From a virus (Duplodnaviria; Heunggongvirae; Uroviricota; Caudoviricetes), in IMG/VR virus record IMGVR_UViG_3300021600_000003, positions 19,249-83,248 of that record: 64,000 nucleotides of DNA; one strand, 5' to 3'. How positions within the stretch are numbered: the first letter of the stretch is position 1; each line of letters opens with the position of its first letter. Shown piece by piece: positions 47,064-56,843 of the stretch. Position numbers and translations under genes: made by a program. Under the pieces are notes generated by a model. The model was not told where the DNA came from. It worked only from the letters and a program-made list of their open reading frames with translations, and searched no databases.

Positions 47064-48046
47064 TTAGTCTCTACAGCTGCTTTCAGATTGTCAAAGTCTA
47101 CTCTGAATTTAGGTTTTTGTAGATTATCTACAGCTTCCTTTATTGTATTTCCAAGTATTGTACCTTCTGAGGTAACAAACTTTTTCTCTCTTTGGGAAAT
47201 TAAGTTAAAATAATCTCCAGCTTTAACATATGCCTCAGTATAAAGTAACTGTCTAGTTTGAGGAGTTTTCCACTTATCTACATAATCAATAAACGTCTTA
47301 GGACAATTTTTCTTCTTCTTAAGTTGAAGCTTACCATCAATATATTTAATATGATAGTTAATTAAATCCTTTTCTGTAGTAGAGTAGTTATATGCTCCAA
47401 AAGCATTTGTGTCATATTGCATACACCAAGCAAGTATATATAAGGCATCTTTTCCGAATTCTTTTCTTAATAATGTTAATTCACCATGAGCATCTGAACG
47501 AGTGATATCTTCTTCTTCTCCAAAATCATTAGTCTCAACCTCTAGAGCTAAGTAATGAGGAATCTGATATTTTTCAGCCCAATCTCTTGTAGGAGCTACA
47601 ATATCTGAAAAAGCTCCACCTATAATTGATAAATACAACAAGGCATGCTCTGGACGGTCTGTATCATAAAACACATCAATTGTCTCATGAGTAACTTTAA
47701 GACGACTTATATCTCCTCTTTTTTTCCAAAATGAATAGTTATCAGAACTAATAACCTGAGAACCTCCATAATATCTCTCAATAAGAGGACGTAGTGTTTT
47801 AATTGTATCTGCTACAATAGGTTTTTCTTCATCTGAAAACCATTTATAAAACTCTACTTGTTCTTCATCTAATCCTGTAGCAAATTTCCATTTTATTGGA
47901 TTTCCTTGATGATCAGTTTCTATTGTTCGAGCTGTTCTTTCACAGTCTCTGTTAAAAGGTTCACCTGTTCCGGAGTATCTTACTACTAAATCTCCTTCTT
48001 TTACAGCCTTAGCTGCAGTGTTTCTAATTGCAAATTTTATTGACAT
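47051..48046 (-). CDS. hypothetical structural-module protein, 331 aa
   Basis: ORF track entry. Follows the putative capsid gene. Confidence 0.6.
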   Translation of the reverse strand: MSIKFAIRNTAAKAVKEGDLVVRYSGTGEPFNRDCERTARTIETDHQGNPIKWKFATGLDEEQVEFYKWFSDEEKPIVADTIKTLRPLIERYYGGSQVISSDNYSFWKKRGDISRLKVTHETIDVFYDTDRPEHALLYLSIIGGAFSDIVAPTRDWAEKYQIPHYLALEVETNDFGEEEDITRSDAHGELTLLRKEFGKDALYILAWCMQYDTNAFGAYNYSTTEKDLINYHIKYIDGKLQLKKKKNCPKTFIDYVDKWKTPQTRQLLYTEAYVKAGDYFNLISQREKKFVTSEGTILGNTIKEAVDNLQKPKFRVDFDNLKAAVETKWKE

Positions 48047-48116
48047 ATTGATGGTTTTTAATAAAGACTTAGTTGTTTATCCAGCACTGCCACGGGGAGG
48101 CGTCTTCTTAGTGCCA

Positions 48117-48141
48117 ACTTGGTGCCTTGAAAGCACCAAGT
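48117..48141. other. perfect 9-bp palindromic hairpin downstream of the putative capsid gene
   Basis: acttggtgc-cttgaaa-gcaccaagt. The T-run is only on the plus-strand side (attattttaggggtattactttttttt). Orientation and function are unclear. Confidence 0.4.
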
Positions 48142-48216
48142 ATTATTTTAGGGGTATTACTTTTTTTTACCACCACATTTTTTCTTTTCTGACATAATTG
48201 TATGTTTTAATTGTTA

Positions 48217-49926
48217 TTAAAGAGCTGCAATACCAGTACGTGGATTCTTTGGAACCATTTTCAGTAACTTAGTAGGATCTTTCACAATTGCTGTGTCAGC
48301 TTTACTAACAAACTTAACTTGATATCCACTTAATTCATCTGAAGCCTGAGATACTGTAATATTCTGACCATTGATGTTTGTTGAAGAACGTAACAGTGGG
48401 TGAGTATTATCACCAGCCTCAACAATCATTCTCATCTTAGTACCATTCTTACGAATAATAGCTATGTTGTCTTTTGATGTGTTGTAGTCTTCAATTAACA
48501 TTGTGTAAGAAGATAAACGGTAACCACCCGGTAAAATTGGGTTAACAAACTCGTCAGCTTTTACTGGATCAAATCCGGGTTCCCATTCAACTTGAAGGTA
48601 ACCAATGTTTGGAATTTGATACTTAGTGAAACGTGGAGCATTGTATGTAAGGTTAGCTGCGTTTTGACCAGTAATGAATCCGAATTCAGCATTTTGTAAC
48701 TGAGCTGGAATCATAAATCCTTTTTTCAAGAAGGCTTGGTAAATCAATTCTGAACCACCACGACCTGTCTTAACAATATAAACGTTATCAGAGATTGATT
48801 CACGTAAAGGAACTTTACCAAATTCAAAATCTTTAATAGCATCTGTAAGTGTATCCAATCCAAAAGTATCAATAGAGAAAGAATGTTTATAACCTGCCAT
48901 ATCTAATTGGAACCAAACACCGGGAACAAGTCTCTGTGTATCATAACCATCTCTAAGTAAATCAATTTGGTCAGACCAAATCATTAAATCATTATTTTGT
49001 TTCTGCATCAAGTTGATAGCAATACTATCTAACAAGTTAACCATAGCAGCTTCACCATTACCTTTACCTTTTTCTTCCTGTAATCTTTCGAAATACATTT
49101 TGTAAGATTCTGGATTTCTTAAGTCTACTACTTTATTATCAGCAATACCACGAACTTGATAGAATTGTAGAACTGTCTGCTCCATCATTGCTATTTGCTT
49201 AGCATCAATACGAGTGTTTGTATTAAGGTACTCACAAGCACCAGAAGTAACACGGTAAGATTGTTGCAACATCATGTTGGATAAATAGTTCTTGTATTTA
49301 GCAAGAGAAGGTACACCACTGATTGACCAAACGCTCTTATTGCTGGAGAAATCAAGACTTCTCATATCAGCCAATTTAACGATTTGACGTTGTGGTTGGA
49401 ATTCTGCTTTACTAACAAACTTCACATGAGCATTAGTATTAAGTACAGCCCAAACTTTAAAGTGCTCACCTAATTGCTCAATAGGACGATCAACTACTGT
49501 AAAAGATATACGTGAAGTCAAGTCAAATTTGAAGATAGAACCGGGACCTAAGTCTCTACGGGTAACTACAAATGGGAGTTCCTCACCATCCATACCTTGC
49601 TTATCTTTATCTAGACCACCAGCAACTAAACGAGTTGTAGAGTCAGCAGCAGAAGGTAATTCGAATGTGTAGTAATCTGCATCCGTATAGATAACTTGTG
49701 CATTATCTATAGCCAATGTTAACAATGGGGAGTCTGTACGTTGTCTTAAAGCCCACAAATCCAATACGCCAAAATCTAATGGCTGAGTTGGAGCAAGAGC
49801 TGTTACATAGGGGATATCAATATGATTTTTGATACCTAAAGAGCGTGCTTGCCCGATAAAAATACCGGGATGACCTAATGTTCCTAAGCCCGTTCTGTTG
49901 TCTGTTCCGGGAATAAATTCTGGCAT
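48217..49926 (-). CDS. putative major capsid protein, 569 aa
   Basis: Position immediately after the portal and scaffold-like genes. Biased high-expression codon usage. Followed by a 170-nt intergenic region with a strong palindromic hairpin. Confidence 0.6.
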   Translation of the reverse strand: MPEFIPGTDNRTGLGTLGHPGIFIGQARSLGIKNHIDIPYVTALAPTQPLDFGVLDLWALRQRTDSPLLTLAIDNAQVIYTDADYYTFELPSAADSTTRLVAGGLDKDKQGMDGEELPFVVTRRDLGPGSIFKFDLTSRISFTVVDRPIEQLGEHFKVWAVLNTNAHVKFVSKAEFQPQRQIVKLADMRSLDFSSNKSVWSISGVPSLAKYKNYLSNMMLQQSYRVTSGACEYLNTNTRIDAKQIAMMEQTVLQFYQVRGIADNKVVDLRNPESYKMYFERLQEEKGKGNGEAAMVNLLDSIAINLMQKQNNDLMIWSDQIDLLRDGYDTQRLVPGVWFQLDMAGYKHSFSIDTFGLDTLTDAIKDFEFGKVPLRESISDNVYIVKTGRGGSELIYQAFLKKGFMIPAQLQNAEFGFITGQNAANLTYNAPRFTKYQIPNIGYLQVEWEPGFDPVKADEFVNPILPGGYRLSSYTMLIEDYNTSKDNIAIIRKNGTKMRMIVEAGDNTHPLLRSSTNINGQNITVSQASDELSGYQVKFVSKADTAIVKDPTKLLKMVPKNPRTGIAAL

Positions 49927-49951
49927 ATATATTTGTTTTTATTTTGGTATC

Positions 49952-51160
49952 TTAACCTCTACCAAAAGAGGGCTTTTTATTAAACTGATTACGTTGAACA
50001 GATGGTCTCCTTTCTTCTTCATCAAAATCGTTACCAGAGGCTTTATGTGTATCCCCTGCTAATCTCAATTTCTTCTCAAGAGAGGCAGCTGTTTGGTTAG
50101 CTACTGAAGTACCTAAGTAATTATAGAAGGCATCCTTTTTAGCTAGTAACAGAGCAATTTCTTTTAGAGTCTCAAAGTCTTTTTTCTCAAATAGATTATC
50201 TATTGCTGTATAAACTCCGTACCCTTGTGTCTCTTCAGAGGGTTCTGCTATCAAATCATAGATTGCAGCCTTCTCGTCTTGTCTTAGTTTAGTCTTTCCA
50301 AAAATAGGTTTTTCAATTGCTTGTAAAGCATTTTCCCTAATGTCAGTAACTAACTGTATATATTGCTTCTGTTGTTCTTGTTCAGCTTGAATCATCTGTC
50401 CTAGATACTGTTGTTCTTGTTGGATGATCAGTGGCTTGTATTGTTTTGCTGTTGCAACTAATTTATCTGTAGTTTTTAGAGCATCTATCTGAGAAGTAAC
50501 TATTTCCTCTGGCTCTCCTTTCTGTTCCATCCTAGTACGTACTATTGCTTCTGCACCTTCTGGAGTATTCTCATCTAAATTAGCTACAGATTGTATTGTT
50601 TTTACACCTTGTAGGAATGGTATTACCTGTGATGGATCATCTACCATTTCTGCATATTGACTAACTGCCTTCCATGCTGGAGATTTGCTATTATACCATG
50701 CACTCTCCATTTGCTTTTTGGCTTCATCTAGACGATAATTGATTTGTAACTCAAGTACCTCATCATATTCTTCTGCCGTTTTTGGTATAAATGATACCTT
50801 ATTTCCGTCCTTATCTATTTCATCTACTGCAATAAACTTTCCGTTTTTGATTCTCTCTTGATAATAAGAGGATAAATCCGTAAGTGGCTGCTGTTGTAGT
50901 TTTTTAGATTCTCCTAGAATATCAGCATTTCCATCTGGAGCTAAGGTAGTTTCCTCTGTTGTAGAGGGAGCTAAAGTAGTCTCCTCTGTTGTAGATGGAG
51001 GTAATGTTGTTTCTTCTGTTGTACTTCTTTGTTTAGCAAACATATCAAGGTTGTGTTCTTGCATTCCAAAGTTAACTGGAGCAATTTGATTTGTTTGTCC
51101 TATTCCGGGAAATAAGTCAATCAGTGCATCCTGATTGATGTCTTTTACATTTGTTTCCAT
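49952..51160 (-). CDS. scaffold-like acidic helical protein with an N-terminal STTEETTLAP x3 tandem repeat, 402 aa
   Basis: Acidic, Gln/Glu-rich, predicted helical. Lies between the portal and the putative capsid gene. Confidence 0.6.
   Translation of the reverse strand: METNVKDINQDALIDLFPGIGQTNQIAPVNFGMQEHNLDMFAKQRSTTEETTLPPSTTEETTLAPSTTEETTLAPDGNADILGESKKLQQQPLTDLSSYYQERIKNGKFIAVDEIDKDGNKVSFIPKTAEEYDEVLELQINYRLDEAKKQMESAWYNSKSPAWKAVSQYAEMVDDPSQVIPFLQGVKTIQSVANLDENTPEGAEAIVRTRMEQKGEPEEIVTSQIDALKTTDKLVATAKQYKPLIIQQEQQYLGQMIQAEQEQQKQYIQLVTDIRENALQAIEKPIFGKTKLRQDEKAAIYDLIAEPSEETQGYGVYTAIDNLFEKKDFETLKEIALLLAKKDAFYNYLGTSVANQTAASLEKKLRLAGDTHKASGNDFDEEERRPSVQRNQFNKKPSFGRG
50936..51025 (-). repeat. 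in-frame tandem repeat encoding (STTEETTLAP)x3 in the scaffold-like gene
   Basis: Three consecutive ~30-nt units are visible in the nucleotide sequence (ggagctaaggtagtttcctctgttgtagag...). Confidence 0.7.
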
Positions 51161-51262
51161 CTTGTTGGTTTTAAGTGTTCTATAAATTGATAATAAACAT
51201 TTTAAGTTAATTTTCCAAATAAATGTGAATATAGCTAATTAGAAAACGATAATATATACTAA

Positions 51263-54052
51263 TTATTTTTTAGTCTTCTTTTTACTATCGTATTGATTCT
51301 TGTTTTTATCTGCTACATATTTAACAGCATCTGTCTGCATTTTGGCCTTCTGTAAATCAGTCATATTCTTCTCTCTTTCGACATTTAATTTTTCTCTATC
51401 TACCTGATCTTTTTGTTGTAAAGTATCCTGTACATTTTTCCTATCCATATTCATTTGCTGCATTTTCAGATAATGATCAACATTCTCCTGAGAGTCAGGT
51501 ACCTGATTTGTATTAATATCTGATGACATTCCACCCATTGCTCTGATAGAAGCAACATCAACTTGTGTTTGTCTGTTCTTATCATTTTGATCAGATGTGA
51601 ATTGATGTTGAGCATCTAGTGCTTGTTGAGCAGATTGTTGTTTTTGTTGCTCTAACTGCATCTCATGTTCTTGTTTAGATTGTTCTCTTTGTTGAGCTTC
51701 TATTTCACCTTCTTTAATTAATTCCATTAACTTTGGAACTGATTGTTCTACTAAAGCTTGTATTTGAGCAGAAGGTTTAATCTCTAAAGTATTATTACTC
51801 TTTAAGAATTCAGTTATTGTTTGTAGAGCTGCTCTTACATTTGCTCTACTTACTAAATTAATATTATAGTGCGGTAATAGATTATCCATACCTTCTATCT
51901 CTAACATTATAGTTTCATCCTTCTCATTCATATATGTTGCTCTAGAGGACTCTTGGAAAGTAGTATAGAATTGGGCAGCATCTAACATACGTTGTCTAAC
52001 TCTTTGCATTAAGTTAGAGTGTTGCTCAAAGTACTTCTCAGTCTGAGCTTCAGAGTAAGCAATACCCTGATTAATACCAGTAGCTGTCTCTGATGCTTTA
52101 TTCTGACCTAAGCGATTTCTAGTAATACCTATCAATTCACCTGCTTCCCATTTAATCTGTTGACCTAATTGAAAATACATTTGAGCTTCTTGTATTGTAG
52201 ATAACTGTAATACTGTTGGTAGTGCTGGTTGACCTGCACCTTCTAATGCATCACGAGATACACTATATGGAAGAATATCAGATTCTCTTAACATATCTTC
52301 ATAACCTTCTTGAGCATCTAAACCAGATACTGATGCAGATAGATTATTATTAGTCATAGTACGTCTGTCTATAGCTATCTTATTACCAAAATCTTTTAGG
52401 AACTTCTTAGGAACTCTATTCATACAGATATTATAGATAATCTGTAAAGGTTTTATACGATCAATAAATGAATGACTATCTGTATTTAGGTATGAATATT
52501 CACATCCTTCTATAGGAGGTAAACTATCAAATGGATTTGAACGTCCTTTAAATTGAAATTTAGTTGGACCACCATCGATATATATTGACTCCATAGTATT
52601 TGGAGTATTTAACCAAAACGTATGTTTCTGATTAGGAGATATCTTCATTAAATGTCTCCACTCTGGAACCCACGTCCAGTCTATATGTTCACCATATAGT
52701 AAGTTATCTTTACTTTCTTCTTTTACAACTGACTTATCATATACTGGTTCAACTGTAACTTTATAGTTCTCATCTACCCAATCTGGTTTTGGACGTGTAC
52801 CATCTCTATTTACTTTACTCAACCATCCAATCCTCTTGAGAGAACGCCAGTATAGACGTAATACACGGAACATTTGTGGATGACCAGTTACTCTTCTTCC
52901 CCAAATAGGATTTAAGATATCTACTTCTTGATTATGATCGAAGTTAGGATTTCTCATAAAGTTATATGCTAACTCTTTACCTAATAAAGCATCATTCATT
53001 TTTGGATCTAAACTAGTAGAATCAAGCCATGGTTTAGATAAGTCATAATATGAACCTTGATGTGCTTTAAGATAATCTGGAACCATGATATTAGAAGTCT
53101 TAACATAGATATCCTTTAACTTAAGAATATCTGCTTCCTTCATCTTTCTTCCAAACTTATTAACAATATCTCCAGATGACATAAAATCAAACCATAAAAA
53201 ATAATCTCCATCACTAACATACTTAATGTTTGGTCCTTTATGATAATCACACCATTTTGGATTGAGTAACTCTAAACGAAAATCATCATCAAGTAAATCC
53301 AAATGCCAAAACTCTCTATCACATATCAATCCACTCTCAAAACCATCTGGTTCTAATTCAGCTAAATCATATCTTTTCTCTTGTATTTGTAATACTTTTT
53401 CTGCCCACTTTACACCAGTACTACGGAAATTACGAGATGTATCCTCTATCTGTTTCAGATTCTGCATAAACTGCTGCATCTGTTGTTGATATTGTTGAGG
53501 GTCAGATTGTTCTGATAATCCCATTTCAGCAAGTTGTTGCTGTTTCTGCATTGCTGCATATTCAGTTACTACTTGTTCAAATTGTTGTTTTTTATTATTG
53601 AATGCTTCTGCAGTAGATGTAGGATCAATAGCTTCAACTCTCCATTGATTATCTCTCTTAATAAATTCACCTCTTAATACATCTATAAAGTTAGGTGCAA
53701 TAGGATAGAATTGTTCTAAAGGAGATTGTGATTCATGAGGTACTAACATTCCTACAGCTTGATAGTAATCATTCTGTGTAGGATTAATAATATAATCAGA
53801 AGGATTCAACTTACCATATCTCATCCAATAGTTTCTTTGGATTTTTCCAGCCTTTTTTTCTACATTATGCCAACCAGCTACTTCATAATAGTCTGCTACA
53901 GCTTGTATCCAGTCTGCTGTTTTCTCCTCTAGAGTAAGCATCTGGAATGGAAGAATATCATTGATGGCTCCACCTAATAGTTTATTTCTATCAAGTTTGA
54001 AACCTTTGTAGAGGTCTGAACCCCATATTACCGTTTTTTGTGAATTTGCCAT
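51263..54052 (-). CDS. putative portal protein, 929 aa
   Basis: Large ORF immediately downstream of, and 3 nt from, the large terminase gene. C-terminal Gln-rich, charged tail. Confidence 0.6.
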   Translation of the reverse strand: MANSQKTVIWGSDLYKGFKLDRNKLLGGAINDILPFQMLTLEEKTADWIQAVADYYEVAGWHNVEKKAGKIQRNYWMRYGKLNPSDYIINPTQNDYYQAVGMLVPHESQSPLEQFYPIAPNFIDVLRGEFIKRDNQWRVEAIDPTSTAEAFNNKKQQFEQVVTEYAAMQKQQQLAEMGLSEQSDPQQYQQQMQQFMQNLKQIEDTSRNFRSTGVKWAEKVLQIQEKRYDLAELEPDGFESGLICDREFWHLDLLDDDFRLELLNPKWCDYHKGPNIKYVSDGDYFLWFDFMSSGDIVNKFGRKMKEADILKLKDIYVKTSNIMVPDYLKAHQGSYYDLSKPWLDSTSLDPKMNDALLGKELAYNFMRNPNFDHNQEVDILNPIWGRRVTGHPQMFRVLRLYWRSLKRIGWLSKVNRDGTRPKPDWVDENYKVTVEPVYDKSVVKEESKDNLLYGEHIDWTWVPEWRHLMKISPNQKHTFWLNTPNTMESIYIDGGPTKFQFKGRSNPFDSLPPIEGCEYSYLNTDSHSFIDRIKPLQIIYNICMNRVPKKFLKDFGNKIAIDRRTMTNNNLSASVSGLDAQEGYEDMLRESDILPYSVSRDALEGAGQPALPTVLQLSTIQEAQMYFQLGQQIKWEAGELIGITRNRLGQNKASETATGINQGIAYSEAQTEKYFEQHSNLMQRVRQRMLDAAQFYTTFQESSRATYMNEKDETIMLEIEGMDNLLPHYNINLVSRANVRAALQTITEFLKSNNTLEIKPSAQIQALVEQSVPKLMELIKEGEIEAQQREQSKQEHEMQLEQQKQQSAQQALDAQHQFTSDQNDKNRQTQVDVASIRAMGGMSSDINTNQVPDSQENVDHYLKMQQMNMDRKNVQDTLQQKDQVDREKLNVEREKNMTDLQKAKMQTDAVKYVADKNKNQYDSKKKTKK

Positions 54053-54054
54053 AA

Positions 54055-56337
54055 TTAAAGCATTGAATAAGGTTTACCGGGCTTTCCGGGCTTAGATGAA
54101 TATGTTTTTTCCATACCTCCTAGCATGTTGGTTCTCCGAGGTTGCCTATACTCAGGCTTCTTCTCTTCTACTATTTCACTTTTTCTTTTAATAAAACGAT
54201 TCTGTTGATATATCTTACAAATAAATAAAGCTCCCATAAATGATACTAACCTATCATAGTTACCTCTTATTTTTCCTTTAACCTCTGAGTATCTAATAAA
54301 TTCCTCAAGTAACCAGTAATCATCTATTCTATCTATTCCAGTAAATAACTTTAGAGTTTCTTCTTGTCCATTCTTTGTAAATGTAGAACGGTTATATTCT
54401 GTATGAAAGTATTCTTTTGTATAAGCCTTAAAGTATTTCCATATCTCACTATTGTCTCCTTTATGAAATCCGAACTTGGAGTTATTTGCAGTATTACCAC
54501 TCTTGATATTCAAATCCTTAAATAATGGAACATCACTTTCTTTTGCTAGATACTTCTCTGCTTTTCCAATTTCTCTCATATAGTTAATAAAGTTGGGTTT
54601 ATTTCTTTCTGCATATGTAAATGCATTATATAACTTAATACCTAACCATATTTGTTCATTTGTTTTACGAGCTGTATCAAAACGTCCACGATATGTAGCC
54701 ACTAACTTATCACCTTCTATACGCTTTGATAGTTTACCATTAGCATCTCTATAGGTAACTTCTACAGCTGTCTTAAAGATATCTACAGAAGCTACTGATG
54801 AGGATGTGTCTGTTTGATCTACCTCAATAGCATCAACACAAGCAAAGTAAGTAAAGAATTCAGCAGTCTCATCAGGTAACTCATATAATGTCCATACTCC
54901 TCTCTTATCTTCCCACTCTGGATTAATTGGATAACGATGTTCTTCTGGTAATCTTAGATTAGACAATATTGTCTTACCATCTACATTTTCACTTAATAAT
55001 CCTTTCTGAGGTTTGAACTCCCAAACATTATTCTGTTCCTTTATTTTAATACGTTCTTGTTGTTTCTTTAATAACTCTATTGGAAACTCTGATATGTTTC
55101 TCTGAGCAAATGCTTGTTCAGGAGAAGTACACTTTTGAGATAATTGCAGTTGTTTTAGTTCTGCTCTTTTTGTTGAGTTCTTAATTTGTTCTTCCTTTCG
55201 AGCTATCCATTCCATAGCTAATGGTACATTTGAACGTCCATTTTTATCCATGAATGGTTGCTTAGTTACATCATCTTTACCAAGCATGTTATATGCTTCA
55301 CTAATGAATATACAACATTTATCCTTTTCTGGGTTTTTATCCCATATATTTTTAACACCTAAGAAATTATTATCTTCAGGATTATAAAATATTGATTTTA
55401 ATCCTTCAGCATCCTCCAACTCACCTACAGAACCACAAGCTATGATAGTACCTGTTGTTTCAGTACCTTTTTCTAGAGCTGGTCTTACGAACTCTAATGT
55501 TGATGATAATGTAGGAGATACACCGGGCTCCTCATAATTAAAGAATGTCTGACTACCACCTACATCATTTGAGGGAGATTGTTTAAAGGTAACACCTACT
55601 AACTTAGATTGTAACCCATAAGGATTATTATCTTGACCCATAGTAACCTCATTCCACTCTAGAGCTTTAGGTAATACGGGTCCTCTTTTCCAAGCTGTTG
55701 TAGTATTAATATGCTTTCTATATCCCTCAAGAAATCTCCAACTCTTCTTAACAAGCTTCTCATCAAAAGCACCAACAGTATTAATACTACCTTCAAACCA
55801 ACAATATGACCAATATAAAATAGCCATGTGTTTAAAAGAGTAACCTTTCTGTCTACCTTTTACGCCACCTATATGCTTTCCAGTTAACAAAGCAAGCATA
55901 CAGTAATGCATATACCAAATATCTCCGTCCCATACGTCAGGTAATCTTTTTCTTTTTAGTAAATCATCGTATATAGGACAAAAGTTAAGGTACCAATAGT
56001 AAAATGGTGGTAGATACATATCATCTACAATCAATCCATTTAGTACTTTATCTTTTTCATTACTCCAGTACTTCTTCCACTGATGAGTTCCTTTTATTGC
56101 TTTTATATATTTACCACCCTCAAAGTTAGGTTTCTTAGATTGCTTCTGAATAGCAGTATACTTTAAACCTTCTATTTGATAATCTTCTGCATTATCATAT
56201 ATATATTTATCTGGAGACTCTTTAAATTGGTCTTCCACATATGCAATAAACTCATCTTTATCTTCAAAGATTCTATGCCCCCATTGTTGGTTCTCCGAGG
56301 TATAAGTCTGTATTTTTAAAGAAAATTCCCAAAACAT
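54055..56337 (-). CDS. terL: terminase large subunit, 760 aa
   Basis: N-terminal ATPase P-loop-like GGVKGRQKGYS (RQxGK-type). C-terminal nuclease-like FACVDAIEVDQTD. Confidence 0.8.
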   Translation of the reverse strand: MFWEFSLKIQTYTSENQQWGHRIFEDKDEFIAYVEDQFKESPDKYIYDNAEDYQIEGLKYTAIQKQSKKPNFEGGKYIKAIKGTHQWKKYWSNEKDKVLNGLIVDDMYLPPFYYWYLNFCPIYDDLLKRKRLPDVWDGDIWYMHYCMLALLTGKHIGGVKGRQKGYSFKHMAILYWSYCWFEGSINTVGAFDEKLVKKSWRFLEGYRKHINTTTAWKRGPVLPKALEWNEVTMGQDNNPYGLQSKLVGVTFKQSPSNDVGGSQTFFNYEEPGVSPTLSSTLEFVRPALEKGTETTGTIIACGSVGELEDAEGLKSIFYNPEDNNFLGVKNIWDKNPEKDKCCIFISEAYNMLGKDDVTKQPFMDKNGRSNVPLAMEWIARKEEQIKNSTKRAELKQLQLSQKCTSPEQAFAQRNISEFPIELLKKQQERIKIKEQNNVWEFKPQKGLLSENVDGKTILSNLRLPEEHRYPINPEWEDKRGVWTLYELPDETAEFFTYFACVDAIEVDQTDTSSSVASVDIFKTAVEVTYRDANGKLSKRIEGDKLVATYRGRFDTARKTNEQIWLGIKLYNAFTYAERNKPNFINYMREIGKAEKYLAKESDVPLFKDLNIKSGNTANNSKFGFHKGDNSEIWKYFKAYTKEYFHTEYNRSTFTKNGQEETLKLFTGIDRIDDYWLLEEFIRYSEVKGKIRGNYDRLVSFMGALFICKIYQQNRFIKRKSEIVEEKKPEYRQPRRTNMLGGMEKTYSSKPGKPGKPYSML
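54127..54140. repeat. exact 14-mer GTTGGTTCTCCGAG, copy a (inside terL, C-terminal codons)
   Basis: Exact match. On the mRNA-sense strand it reads CTCGGAGAACCAAC and encodes RRTNM. Confidence 0.8.
56286..56299. repeat. exact 14-mer GTTGGTTCTCCGAG, copy b (inside terL, N-terminal codons)
   Basis: Exact match. Encodes SENQQ in a different frame from copy a. Confidence 0.8.
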
Positions 56338-56339
56338 AA

Positions 56340-56843
56340 TTAATATTCTCCCATTTCATTGCTACCTTTCATTTTAGTTCCTAATTCATCATCAGCTATC
56401 TTTCTTAGATTTGTGGCAGATGCTACTAACTTTTCGAACTTATCTACAATAGTAATACGATCTTTCATATCTCCTCCCATTGGAGTATCTCTCAAATATG
56501 TTCTCCATCTATGACTTTCAGCTTCCATTTCATCTGCTGCTTGTGAAGCTTCTGACTTAAACAATCCCTGTAATCTTTCAATTGCAGGGTCAATTAATTC
56601 ATCATCTTCATTAAAGTCTCCTAATGTTTCTTTAACATCATATAATGCTGCCTCAGAACGTTCTTCTTGTGGCAAATTTCTATATGGAGAATCTGGATAT
56701 GATAAGTGAGCAATATATGTTAGATATGGAATAGCATCACTATCTCCATACTTAGTAATAATCTTATTCAACTCAGGAATACTAAAACCCTCAGCAGTTA
56801 TCTCAATTGATCCATTAACATATTCTAATATTCTTGGTGTCAT
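56340..56843 (-). CDS. hypothetical protein, 167 aa; candidate terminase small subunit by position
   Basis: Immediately upstream of, and coupled to, terL. Confidence 0.45.
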   Translation of the reverse strand: MTPRILEYVNGSIEITAEGFSIPELNKIITKYGDSDAIPYLTYIAHLSYPDSPYRNLPQEERSEAALYDVKETLGDFNEDDELIDPAIERLQGLFKSEASQAADEMEAESHRWRTYLRDTPMGGDMKDRITIVDKFEKLVASATNLRKIADDELGTKMKGSNEMGEY

